Both the position numbers and the translations under genes were made by a program. A stretch of DNA of 64,000 nucleotides, from assembly GCF_009914755.1 (NCBI RefSeq), contig NC_060928.1; one strand, given 5' to 3'. The stretch is from the human T2T-CHM13v2.0 reference genome, Homo sapiens. The notes beneath the pieces were generated by a model that worked only from the letters and a program-made list of their open reading frames with translations, was not told where the DNA came from and made no database searches. Below are positions 14,595-27,325 of this stretch, in pieces; position 1 is the stretch's first letter; the number at the start of each line of letters is the position of its first letter.

Positions 14595-14931
14595 CCCTTC
14601 CTAACTAACATGATTCACCTTTAGAATGAGACGATCTTAGGGATTTTAGGAGTTCATGGAGGCTCAATATGGCTGCTGTACCTTAGAGCTACATGGAAGG
14701 GGTGGTGCCCTCACCACGACTATGACTAGGCAGCAGGGCATTCCTGGCATTAAGAAGTACTGCTCATCTGTAAATAACTCAACCACACAAACTTGTTTTT
14801 TCCTGGAAAAAAAAAATACAAGCAGGTGCTAGGTTTTTAATGAGAGACAAAGCTTTATTTCCAAATTCACAGTCTTCATACTTCATTATTGCCTTTTCGC
14901 CATGTGATGTGGGTCACACACAATGAACAAC

Positions 14932-15121
14932 TGGCAATTGTTCACACTTTTTTATATTCTGGCAATGAGTGCCAAAAATATTCCTTTCTCTTAGTAGATC
15001 TTTTTAATCAAAAATCTATAGTAAGTAATGCTTTATTTTGAACTAAATCATTTCAATAGGCAAGGTGACAGAACTGTGGCTGAAATCTGCACCATCAAAT
15101 TGACAATCAAATGTCTATTTT
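14932..15121 (+). repeat. Inverted repeat pair 1, left arm
   Basis: Reverse complement of 17677-17861. Manual alignment shows about 11 substitutions and 2 indels. Confidence 0.95.
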
Positions 15122-15706
15122 TTTGTGGTGAGCTTTGTCTCACATCATTGTATGATGTGCTGCCACTGCTGTAATGAAAATACCTGGACTATTTAAGCAG
15201 ATGAGTGGGTGTGGAAGTAGAAGAGAGGAAGGAAGCAGAGTTGTCTGGGCACTGCCCTGTAAGTACAGTTGACCTGGTCTGGAGGGCAGCGCTTTGGTGA
15301 GCAGTCCTAGTTCCTTAGCCCAGAACTTAGGGGTTAAAAAGACTCTGGGCCAGCCAGGAACACCAACCACCATTTACATATAAATTGGGAAAAATCACTG
15401 AGCAAATAGTTTTACAAATACAATTCATTTGTAAATTGGGGTTAATCTGACATGTTTATTTCAGGATATATAGATAAGAGCTGGATTTATATGAAAACTG
15501 ACAGACTTTTTAGCTAAACTAAGCAATTAATTCAATTCCATGCAGAGAGTACAATAGGCTTCTTGTTTTTCTCTTTGATCTGACAAGTGTGTTAGTTGAG
15601 ATGATTATTTTGCAGCATTATGTTGGGATCATGGATAAGGAATTGGACCACAAGAATTGAAGTTATTGCAAGTCCAAATTACTTCAGGCATCAAGCGAGA
15701 GACTAG

Positions 15707-15947
15707 TTTCTCTTCCTTTCTTTCTTTCCTTCTTTCCTTCTTTCTTTCTTTCTTTCTCCCTTCCTTCCTTCCCTCCCTCCCTCCCTTCCTCCTTCCTTCC
15801 TTCCTCTCCTCTCCTCCTCTCTTTTTCTTTTCTTTCTTTCTTTCTTCTCTTTCTCTTTCTTCCTTTCTTTCTTCCTCCCTTCCTTCCTTCCTTCCTCTCC
15901 TCCTCTCTTTCTTTCTTTCCTTTCTTCCTTCCTTCCTTCCTTCCTCT
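15707..15947. repeat. Polypyrimidine microsatellite (CTTT/CCTT/CT mix)
   Basis: About 240 bp of only C and T, adjoining the tail of an antisense L1 fragment. Confidence 0.97.
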
Positions 15948-16073
15948 TATATAAATTTAAGGTATACAAGTGCAATTTTGTTCCATGGATATATTACACA
16001 GTGGTAAAGTCTTGGCTTTTAATGTAACCATCACCTGAATAGTAGACATTGTACCCATTAAGTGATTTCTCAT
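15948..16073 (-). mobile_element. L1 3'-end fragment (L1PB/L1MA-like)
   Basis: tacaagtgcaattttgttccatggatatatt...gtaaccatcacctgaatagtagacattgtacccattaagt. Confidence 0.75.
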
Positions 16074-16074
16074 C

Positions 16075-16383
16075 TTTTTGGGGGCGGGGGACAAGGTCTC
16101 CCTCTGTCTCCCAGGCTGGAGTACAGTGGTATTATCGTAGCTCACTGCAGCCTTGAACTCCTGAGCTCAAGCGACACTCCCACCTCAGGCTCCCGAATAG
16201 CTAGGACTATAGGTGTGTGCCACTGCACCCGGCTAATTTTTATTTTTTATTTATTTTTTTTGATAGAGGCTGGGTCTCTCTATATTGCCCCAGGCTGATC
16301 TTGAACTCCTGGGATCTGGTGATCCTCCCACATCAGCCTTCCAAAGTGTTGAGATTACAGGCGTGAGCCACTGCGCCTGGTCC
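16075..16383 (-). mobile_element. Alu (AluJ-like)
   Basis: tagctcactgcagccttgaactcctgagctcaagcga is a J-type motif. Diverged dimer. Confidence 0.9.
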
Positions 16384-17676
16384 TTGCAGCTGCCAGTATA
16401 TAAAGGAGCTTCTGAGAAATGTCCTTGGTCAGAGACAGGCGCAGCAGCTGCCTTCTGGAATGGTGTTTTAAGTGAGGCACATGCAGGCTTCGGGTTCTGT
16501 TTCATTTGTGGATGAAGCAAGAAAGCTGCTGCCTGACAAGGATGAGTGGCTTCGTTAATTAAATTAGCAGTGGAAATTTTACTGGCTTTAATTAGTGTAA
16601 AATAAGCCACAGAAATAAAGATAGTGATTAAAGCATGCTAATCTGATTAGAATCACAGTGTGCGTGGTTATAGGCAACTTGATATTAGAGAATCACAGAC
16701 TAAGGCCAGGAAGAGGCAGAGTCCTGTTTTAAAGAAGAGGATGGTTGCAGATGGCACAAAAACTTGGAGCTGCTGCGGGATTGCCAAATTGCTTGGGGAG
16801 GATTATGTGTGATAAACGCCATGAAAATCACGGGGCATCGTTGAAAGAGCCATGTTCCTAGGAGGAAGGGCTTTCCGACCATTCACAGTGAAAGGAGCTG
16901 AATCCAACTTCATTGCTTTCCTCAGCAGAGGAAGACTTTACCAGCTGAGTTTCAGCCTCTCAAAATTTCAAACATATGGAAAATCGACAGATTAGAAAGA
17001 TTCTAAGATGTTTGTACTTTCTCTTTCCTGACCCATACAATGAAAGCAGTGTTCATTTAAGACAGTGAGACACAGGATATTCAAGTGTCTGCTGTATGAG
17101 AGAAATGCTGTCTTATTAAATTCAATGCAATACAAATCACATCTTTAAATTATTGCATAAATCCTTTCCAATGCTCAGTTCCTTGGTCTAAGTTATCATA
17201 GAACTGATTTTAGCTTGAGTGTGGTTACGTGGAAACTGTCTATTTTACTCCCACCAGTTCCCAGCCTTCTCTCATTTCCCGGTTTGTAAAATTTCCATTT
17301 GCCCCAAAGTCTGAATGTTAAAACAGGTAGTCTGTCTTTGTCATTTTCTGTGTGTATATACAGTGCATTGTTTATAAGACTGTTATAATACTTAGATATT
17401 CATAAACCAATAGAAACATAACAAAATTTGCTATTAAAACAGAAACCAAAGTTTTCGGAAGACACAAATTCTGAATTAAATAAAAACAGTAGCTTATATT
17501 GACTTAGGTTTCTAGCATTTGGCATTGACTATTTTACATTTTTATTTCTTCAGTATGGGTTTATTGTAAGAATAGATTTTCCTTCAGTTTTGCAAATGAT
17601 GAGATGTAATGAGACATTCACTTTGGGGCCAGTATTATGACAGAAGGTTATGGCTGTTTCAAATCAAATTAGTCAG

Positions 17677-17861
17677 AAAATAGACATTTTATTGTCAATT
17701 TGATGGTATAGATTTCAGCCACAATTCTGTCACCTTGCCTATTGAAATGATTTAGTTCAAAATAAGGCATTACTATAGATTTTTTATTATAAAGATCTAC
17801 TAAGAGAAAAGAACTTTTTGGCACTCATTGCTAGAATATAAAAAAGTGTGAACGATTGCCA
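17677..17861 (-). repeat. Inverted repeat pair 1, right arm
   Basis: Reverse complement of 14932-15121, e.g. ttctgtcaccttgcctattgaaatgatttagttcaaaataa versus ttattttgaactaaatcatttcaataggcaaggtgacagaa. Confidence 0.95.
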
Positions 17862-20417
17862 AAATACAGCTGGATAGAATTTATTCATTCAGTTGTTTAT
17901 ATGGATCTAATACATTAATTATAAATCACAATACAGTTTATGCCCCTCACAAAATACTATGTGAAGTTCAATTTCAGTGGAAGTGCCACGTAAGTGGCAA
18001 CAGAAATAGACTTTTTTCAGCCAACGAGTAGTTGAGTAGCCCAGAAGATGCATTATTTGTTCTGTGTATTAGTTTTTTATAGGAATATATATGATCCTGT
18101 AAATAGATAGACTATTTGTCTGTCTTAGATTTTTAAGAGACATATTAATAATGCTACTTGAAGATTTAGACACTAACTAGGTAGAACATGAAGTCTCTCT
18201 GTAAGTTCAGACTCTTTCTCTTCCTCCCTCGTCCTCAACCTGAAAACCACTGAAAGCCACTAGGTGGGCTGAGCCAGGCATCTGCGAGGTGGGACCAGTG
18301 GCACAGTGCAGGTGCAGCTGCCTGAACAGACCCAGATGGCCTCTGTGCAGGCTGCGGGGCTGTTGAAGCCCTGGGGGCAAGCAGGGTTTTTGCACAGAGA
18401 GAGGCTGGCGGGATGCCTATGGATGTTCCATGGATGGGTGTTGAGTCGGAGCAGGTGAAGGGCCCTCCTTGCAGGAGGCAGGGGTCGGGGTACAGTGATG
18501 GGCGTGGAAGGCTGACTGGAAGAGGGGAAGTCCATAGGTTGGGGAGGGATGACTGTGACCTGGCCTGGAAAGGGGTACTGGAACCTAAGAGAGAGAACAA
18601 GGTTGTTTGAGTAAGGGTGTTGGTGGAGTGACCCTCCACGGGGTATGAACCTGAGAATGGGGTGAGGAGGGCATCTTGGGTGGAACAAAGATGATGGCAT
18701 GGCAGCCCTGCATGGACATTGGAGTGCAAGCAATGGGAGGAGGCACTGGCCCTGGGAGCACAGTGGAGAGGCCAGAAAGGGTGAAGAGAGCATCCCAGTG
18801 AAGACTGGGGGTGGGGACGCATTACGCACTGGGGCAGTGAAGATAAAGAGAGCCGGGTTTCTCACTGTTGGAAATAGGAAAAGGGAAAAAACTGGAGTGA
18901 GCCCTGTGGTATTAGATGGGAATTGCAGGTGTTGGTTTAAACTCATGGTTTTCAGTGTAGAACTATAGACAGGTACCTATGGAAATAACTATTGCTGAAG
19001 ATGCATGTGTGGGTACATATATATGTGGAGTGTGTGCATGCATTTACATGCAGAGATTCACCAGCTCTGTCCGATGAGAGGGTCTGAGAGCGGTGACACA
19101 GGCACTCACACTTAGTCTATTTAGCATCCACATATTGGTATCCAAAATCCAGGCATCAGTCTAAGAACCAAGACCCCTAGGAGAAATCGTTATTCTAGGG
19201 ATGGATCAGGGACCTTACAAAAGAAACACGAGGTATCTTATTGTGCTAAAAATAAGGAGGTACTCAAAGAATGATGAGGACATTTCAAAAGGATATGGAA
19301 ACCAGGTAGCCAAACTGGGGACAATTTTAGCATCAATACAAATGAGAAGAAACCTTTTCCTTACTGTAGAAGACTAGCTGACTAATGTATAAGGAAGGAG
19401 AAAATCATTTGTCAGCCATCACAATAATAATCAGGCAAGAAACATCAATGAATGCTAAAACTAGTGGCAGGAAGTTTGGTGAGGAATGGGATACTGTCTG
19501 AAAGTATCTCTACAAAGGGATAAAGAGTAACTTTACATCTAAGAAACCGACAGACATTAACTTAATCAAATGATCAAGGTGAAAATTACCAAATAGGACA
19601 AATCAAAACTATCTAACACCTGTTTGGGTACCATGAAAACACAACATCATATTTGTAATATTTCTGCCCCAAATGCATAACCTGAATGCAATCATGAGAA
19701 AACATCAGACAAGCCAGAGTGAAGGAAATTCTTTAAAGTAACTGGCCTGTAATTCTCCAAAGTGTCAATGTCATGGAAGCCAAGGAAACCAGCAATGCCA
19801 AGGAAACCAGCAATCAAGGAGTCATTGCTGGAAATGGAAGATTAAAGAGACAGAGTCACCTAGTAGAGTCCTGGATTGCACCCTTTGCTGAAATGCATAA
19901 TCTTGACCCATTGGTGAAACGCGAGTGGTGTAAGTGAATCAGAGGGTAGTAATACATTAATACTAAGTTGTCTAGTTTGATTATTGTACTGGGGCTTTAG
20001 AGGAATTTTTTTTGTAGGAGATGCATTCTAAAATATTTATGGGTAATGATGCAATGGAACAGCAAAACTGTTAGTGAAAGTTTGAAACCATTTCAAGAGA
20101 GAAAAGAAAAAACATCAGGAATCCAAAACATCTGTTTTCTAGAGCTGGCTCTGCTGTGAGCTGGTTATTTGAAGGACGACAAATCACTCCATCTCTTTAT
20201 GTCTCCATTTCTTCATCTCTTAATGTTCCATGGAGGTTAGTTAATTAATTAATACTGCATGTGTCATCGGGCATTTATAATCTAGCCTAATCCTGGGAGA
20301 CTAAGATAAAATACCAAAGCAAGGTTAACATAAGTGCCATAATACAACTCAATGTAATGCAAGATCCTAGATTTGATGATGAATCAGAGAAAATTTTGCT
20401 ATAAAGAACATGATTGG

Positions 20418-20749
<332 letters not shown>

Positions 20750-20887
20750 ATGGTTGGAAAAACTGTACTGTCTTCATGCCAAATTTACCAAATATGATCA
20801 TTGTATTGTGCTTATTTAGGGCAATATTCTTCTCTTAGAAAAATATGCTAAAATATTTGGGGTCATTACTCTCAAATGACTCAGCCT

Positions 20888-20891
20888 ATAC

Positions 20892-20948
<57 letters not shown>
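20888..20948. repeat. (TACA)n(TA)n microsatellite
   Basis: Directly visible. Confidence 0.97.
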
Positions 20949-20949
<1 letters not shown>

Positions 20950-22715
20950 CAAATGTAAAAAAAGTTAACAATTAATGGAAGTAGAATATGGGTATTCTTT
21001 TATGATTTTTACAGTTTTTCTGAAGGTTTGAAACTTTTCAAATTAAAATAGTTAGAAAACATAGTAAGTGGGATAGTAGTGTATATACAGTGCTACAAGA
21101 ATGCAAGGTAATTATATTCAAGATAATGTATCTAATTTTATATGTCTGAGGCCCCACATATAAGCTGTATTGGTGCCAAGCGCCCACAGATTCTGAAGAA
21201 CGGCACTGGCCACACACCTCCACAGGAGACATAAGAGGTGGCCCAGACCAGATTCAGTTCATTAGCCCCTTGCAACCCACGGGAGAAAGAGGGAAGATTA
21301 TTCTGAGGCACAGAGTGGTTAGGTAACTTGTCCAGAGTCACACAGCGAGTAGCAGAGCCAAGGAGTGGAAAATCACACTTTTCCCAGTGCACTTTCTCTG
21401 TTTAACTGCTCCTCTACGCGTCCTGAATAATGATGTGTTGAACTCAGTTTGAATGTTTCATGTTAGATTGTTTTGATTTTTTTCTATTTTTAAAGTTTCA
21501 TTTGGAATAAAAATGTCCAAAGAAACCCAAATATATTTGGATAATTAGTAGTGAAATAGCCAAATTGAAACTTTGCTGATCTGATTACTTCTGCTGCCAT
21601 AATTATTGTGATTTGTACTCCGTAATGATTATAAACGCTTTGTCTGGTCAATGATTTTGAAGACTCTCAGAGCAATCAGATCTATTATGCTGCAACTTGG
21701 ATGGTTAAACAAATTTTAAGTTTTAGAACACATAAAACATACATCTTAAAAGAAACAAAACCCATTCATGCATAATTAGTAGGTCTGAGATTAAAAAATG
21801 AAAAAAATGGTGTTGAGCACACTTTCTCCAAGTCCTCCTCCAAGTGGCTTTTCTCACGGGAACAACATCACAAGAAAGACAGCAGATCCACCTGAGGCAT
21901 GACGAGACAGTTCCTTTTGAGATTAGGGCAATATATGTGTTTTAGAAGATATTCAAAAATAAAATCATAAATATTATCTTTCTAAGAAAGATAAGGGACA
22001 GTCACTGAGTTAGACAAAAATATTTTGGGAAGAAAATGGTGAAAACTGAAGTACCTTTATAAAAATACTGTAAAATGTGAGTGTTTTGTTATTAGAAGAA
22101 AGAGGAAACTGCATAGGTGGAGAGAAGCTGGGCTCTCCACGTGAAGTAATGGTGCTCTTCTGGATTCTGCCATTTCGGGTAAACCAGTCTTGCGTTTTTC
22201 CTCTGATATTTACCTCTTCTCACTGTGAAGATTCAGCCTTCAAAGCAGAACCTGACAGGTTGTGCTCTGTTAATCTGGCCTTCTGGGGGGCTGTCAATAG
22301 CAGTTGAATAATAGCAACGACTCTGTGAGCTCAGGCTGCCCTCTGCTCTCATTCGTCTCAGGCAAGTGGCAGCAGAGAATGCGCATGAGCCATTCAGAAC
22401 ATTTCACAAATAACTTACACTCGGAGTCTTGAATAATGCTACTTTTTTTTTAAGTTTTATTATGTTCATCATGAAGCTTTAAAAAGTCTTTTGCATTTGA
22501 GAGGAAAAATTATCATGTGAAAAATGTCCAGTTCTGCATCTCGATTATTTAAATGGTAATCCAAAGAAGCTCCTTCTCAGAAGCAATATTATTTTACACG
22601 TGCCCTGCCAGAGGCCACTGTGCATTGTCCCAATCAAAAATCTTGAAGGGATTAGTGTAGCGAAGAGTGTGCAATTAACTATTTCTATTTGATATGTTCA
22701 TTTTGATATTTATAA

Positions 22716-23066
<351 letters not shown>

Positions 23067-24915
23067 TCACTTTCTAATCGTTACTTCTCAGTTGTGAGGC
23101 GTGTTAGGGCCTCCACAGACAGGTAAAGGAAAAACGGGTACAGATGGAATCGGGGCTAATGGGATTCTCCTTGAGGAGTGCCGTCTGTACCTGGGAAAGG
23201 CTGATGTTTTGTACAACAGTGTCCGGGAGCAGTGGAAACCCTGGATACAACCGTGGTAGTGTTGCTGTCCCAGAGGTTAACCTGTTGAGTAGGACACGGA
23301 AGCAGAAAGTCACTAGACAGGCGTAAAGATGTGGTTAGAGAATGTTATCTTCTTAATTGCGGGGAGATCTGCCATGAAGTGAGGCCCCAGCTGGCCGCGG
23401 GAGGGTGGAGGGAATATTTCCAGCCCTTGAGGCTGGAGGTTTGTAAATGCTTACTGGATTTGGGGTCAAGATAAACAGGCTACATTTCAGGGTAAAATCC
23501 CAGTCCCAGTGGCAGAAATAGGTTCTCTTGGGAATACAAGGAAAAGGCCAGTCCTCAGGACAAAAAGGGTATGACCGGGCTTTGCTTTACGCATAAGCAG
23601 ACACTGGATTGTAGATACTGGGTTCAGGACAGGAAATAAATCCCCTTGTCCTCCGCGGTAGTCCTGGGATGCACTGTCAGCTGGGACTGGATCAGGGCTT
23701 TGGTTAGACTAGATTTTCAGGTTGAGGACGCTGGGTACCAGGCACAGCAGCAGCAGGCAGGAGCTGATACACGGTAAGATTTCAAGGGTCAGTGAATTAC
23801 CTATTTCTGTCTCAGCCCCCAGAGCCTCACACAGCATTAGCACAAAGTGGATGCTCCAAATGGGTACTGAGTTGACATCAGTGCATCGGACAGCACTTTT
23901 CCCTAAGTATACCTAAGTAAATAGTGCAAATCCATGTCTAGAATGCCCATATTGCCTGTTTAGGATGGTTATAGGATCTACTCAAACTCAATACCTTATT
24001 TCTTCTCCTAGTTTTGAGAATGGTCTTTGAAAATATTTTCTTTTAGTGTTCCACTGAATGCACTCAAATAATAACATTAATTTACTTTAAAATTGAATTA
24101 AACCCCATACACATTTCTCTACACCTGTAGATTGGTTATCAAGAATAAAATTGTGGTGAAGTTTGCCACACTGAAATATTAGCATTATGGAAACAATATC
24201 CAACACATTCAGAGTTAGACCCTGCTCTTATTATTGAAATGAGATATTTTTGATGTATACAAATGATGCTACTGAAAACGATTGGAAGACATGCTCCTTG
24301 AACATTAATAGGAAGATTTGTCCCACGTAACTCATGTTCCCTCAACTCCTCTGCCTTGTGAATGCTGCCTGTGCTTACAGATAGTGATGAATTGTGTCAT
24401 TAAGGGATACTATGTTTCTTTCCACTTGCCCACATACAACAATTCACAATTCATTATAACCAAGAATATGTATCTTCCATGGCATTCCATGTTTCTTCTT
24501 GCATAAGGGTTCTGTTAACTAGGATTTCATTTGCAAAATTTGCACTTTCTAAAAATTTCTTAGTAATTGTGAAGTTTAACCCACTCTTATCGCATATTTG
24601 AAAACCAAAATTCAGAGAACTGGAGTAACTTTGCCTGAGGTCAAACAGTTGCTATTGTGTGGGTCTTGAGATTCTATTTTTCAGACTAGCTTTTTTCACC
24701 TTTTGTATCATCTACCTCGGATTTGCAAACCATGGATAAAATATTTTTTGACAACATATAACTTACTCTTTATAAGTATAATTTAAGATAAATATAATAA
24801 CTTAATAAGTATAATATAATTTATATTATATTGTAAATATTAGAAATATATTATAAATAGATAAAATAAATATTACTCTACAGGTGTAGAATAATTTATA
24901 AACCCTAAGGCAATA

Positions 24916-25140
24916 TAATTTATGAAACCTTAAGGCAATATAATTCCTTGAGGCATTATTAATGATATAAACTTGAATTCAATTCACATGACAATGATGA
25001 CCATTTTAAAATACCTTTCGAAGAGATGCCTGAACAGGGCCAATTGCCGGCTGTGTTGTCACACAAAATATGGCTTAAATAAAGCTAACCTGAGTTTTCA
25101 GAATATTTGAGTATGCTAACATAATGTCTCCAAAGGAAAA
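24916..25140 (+). repeat. Inverted repeat pair 2, left arm
   Basis: Reverse complement of 25824-26048. Manual alignment shows about 10 substitutions and 2 single-base indels over 225 bp. Confidence 0.96.
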
Positions 25141-25823
25141 CTATATATATTTGACAAAATATATATATTTTTCCTATAAAATGTATTATAGATAATATGT
25201 ATATCTGAAACAAATAGATTTGCATGATCCCTACTGTGTACTTTTCCCCCTTTTTGACCGTTTAGTTATCTAAGTCCACTGTCAATTTATATAACAGCAA
25301 CCTAACTATCTGAAATACTCTGCAACAAGATAAGTCCCAATGAAATTAAATACTGAAAGGAAATATTTTTTAAAAGTAGCCAAATAGCAGATGTCTTCTT
25401 AATTTCCACATTTGTGGCATTCTGTGGAGAAATTCTCCAGATAAATGTTTACAATGTTTAATCCTCACATGAAGGTAACTTTGACGTAGACACTTCCCAT
25501 ATTCGTCCATATAAGAAACTGAAAGATTAATGCCACCACTCCAGAAATACTGATTTAATCAACATTTTTATTAAATAAAATTGATTAAAACTGGTCTTCT
25601 TTCTCATGACCTCATCTCTTACAATGTAACTACATTAACATGTATAGGGGCATAGTGTTCTCAATGCTATCTTCAGATCTATATCGTCAATTACTTACTG
25701 ACCATTAAGCTCACTATTAATTTAATACCAACAAATAGAAGAGATATAATTATCAAGCATTATCAATTAATATGTACCTAGGGCCACAGAATCATCAATT
25801 TATAGATCTCTGTTTATCTGTCA

Positions 25824-26048
25824 TTTTCCTTTGGAGACATTATATTAACATACTCAAATATTCTGAAAACTCAGGTTAGCTTTATTTAAAACCATATTTT
25901 GTGTGACAACACAGCCGGCAATTGGCCCTGTTCAGGCATCTCTTTGAAAGTATGTTAAAATGGTCATAATTGTCATGTGAATTGAATTCAAGTTTATGTC
26001 CTTAATAATGCCTCAAGGAATTATATTGCCTTAGGGTTTTATAAATTA
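25824..26048 (-). repeat. Inverted repeat pair 2, right arm
   Basis: ccatattttgtgtgacaacacagccggcaattggccctgttcaggcatctctt is the exact reverse complement of the left-arm core. Confidence 0.96.
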
Positions 26049-27013
26049 CTCTTATAAAGATAAGAAGAAATTAGCTGAAAATAACTGAGCCTATACTATG
26101 GCATACTAAACAATATCTAGCTTATCAGATAGTTAATTTGTGCATATAAAATGAATGTAGAATTATGTATGAGGTTAATTCAACTATCTGTGTCTGTAGC
26201 CATTCATCTACATATTCTAGCTCTTGTTCACATATCCAATACATATTTATTGAGCACCTACTTGACTCCAGGCACATTGCTGGGACAGGGAATATGACAT
26301 GAATGAAACAGACAAGGCGTCTGCCCTCAAAGGTCCTGTTCAGTGAGAGGGGTGTTGCTGACTCCAGTTCCTGCTCCCTTGGGAGGCATCATTCATCAGT
26401 GGAGATATCCTTGCCCCAGAGCTTGGGTCTCCTCAAATGTTGTGCTCTTTGACAGGTCCAAGAATGAACAAAACTGGCCTGGGAATTAAAATAATTTGCC
26501 TTCCCTGGGTGTATATTTACATGTATACGTAGTGGCTAATAAATTAGGTGTTTCAACCTAGACACCCAGGCACAATTGATAACAATAATCAAAGTAAAGT
26601 TTGACACAGACCACAAAAAGAAGATTATTACAAATCTGAACTTTTAACTTCAAAACTGGTTGCATGACTTTTGGGTCTCTTTGCAGGATTCCTTCACCAA
26701 AGATCAAAATGCAAAAGGTGGAGGAAGACTGGAAAGGAAGTTGTGAGGAATGCAGAGAGGATGTGGAGAGGAATGAAGGGTGATGTTCCGCTTAGGGAGT
26801 CATAGCACCTCCACCCGAGGCCACTGAGGGGGGCTTTCAAGGATGCCTTGGCAAATTTGCAGGTAAAGGGCCACAGGGCACTGATGCCACAATCATGCCT
26901 GAGAAAGCCGCAGGGGCTTATGCGGAAGAGAGCTCTGTACCCATGCAAGTTAATAGGAGTGTGACTACTCAGCTCAGAGATAATCATACTGGTTCCACTT
27001 AAAAATGAATTGT

Positions 27014-27325
27014 GGCCAGGTGCAGTGGCCCATGCCTCTAATCCCAACACTTTGGGAGGCACAAGTGGGATGAGTGCTTGAGGCCAGGAGTTTAAGACCA
27101 GCCTGGGCAACATAGCAAGACTCCATTTCTTGAAAAAATATAAAAACAAGCCCAGGATGGTGGCGTGCACCTGTAGTCTCAGCTACTTGGGAGGCTGAGG
27201 CAGGAGGATCACTGGAGCCCAGGAGAGCAAGGCTACGGAGAGCCAGGATCATGCCTCTGAACTCCAACCTGAATGACAGAGTGAGAGTGTATCTCTAAAA
27301 ACTAACTAAATCAAACTAGTAAAAA
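27014..27325 (+). mobile_element. Alu (AluJ-like)
   Basis: gcttgaggccaggagtttaagaccagcctgggcaacatagcaagac motif, TSD aaaaatgaat. Confidence 0.9.

Noticed and set aside
15657-16007. S/F/L-rich and R/K/E-rich ORFs on both strands
   Set aside because: Translations of a CT microsatellite.
18256-18270. CTCF-like motif gccactaggtgggct
   Set aside because: Mismatch at the strongly conserved C of the GGC core, and such near-matches are expected by chance in 64 kb.
18235-18946. Overlapping 195-aa and 228-aa minus-strand ORFs
   Set aside because: G-rich strand-biased sequence is poor in stop codons on the minus strand. No recognisable domain or exon structure.
23877-23897. RE1/REST-like motif (atcagtgcatcggacagcact)
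   Set aside because: The right half matches, but the conserved CAGCACC left half has several mismatches.
24916-26048. Inverted arms read as TIRs of a MITE/DNA transposon or as a pre-miRNA
   Set aside because: No TSD or recognisable hAT/Tc1/PiggyBac terminus, ragged ends, and a loop far too long for a miRNA hairpin. A Dfam search is still needed to exclude a transposon fully.
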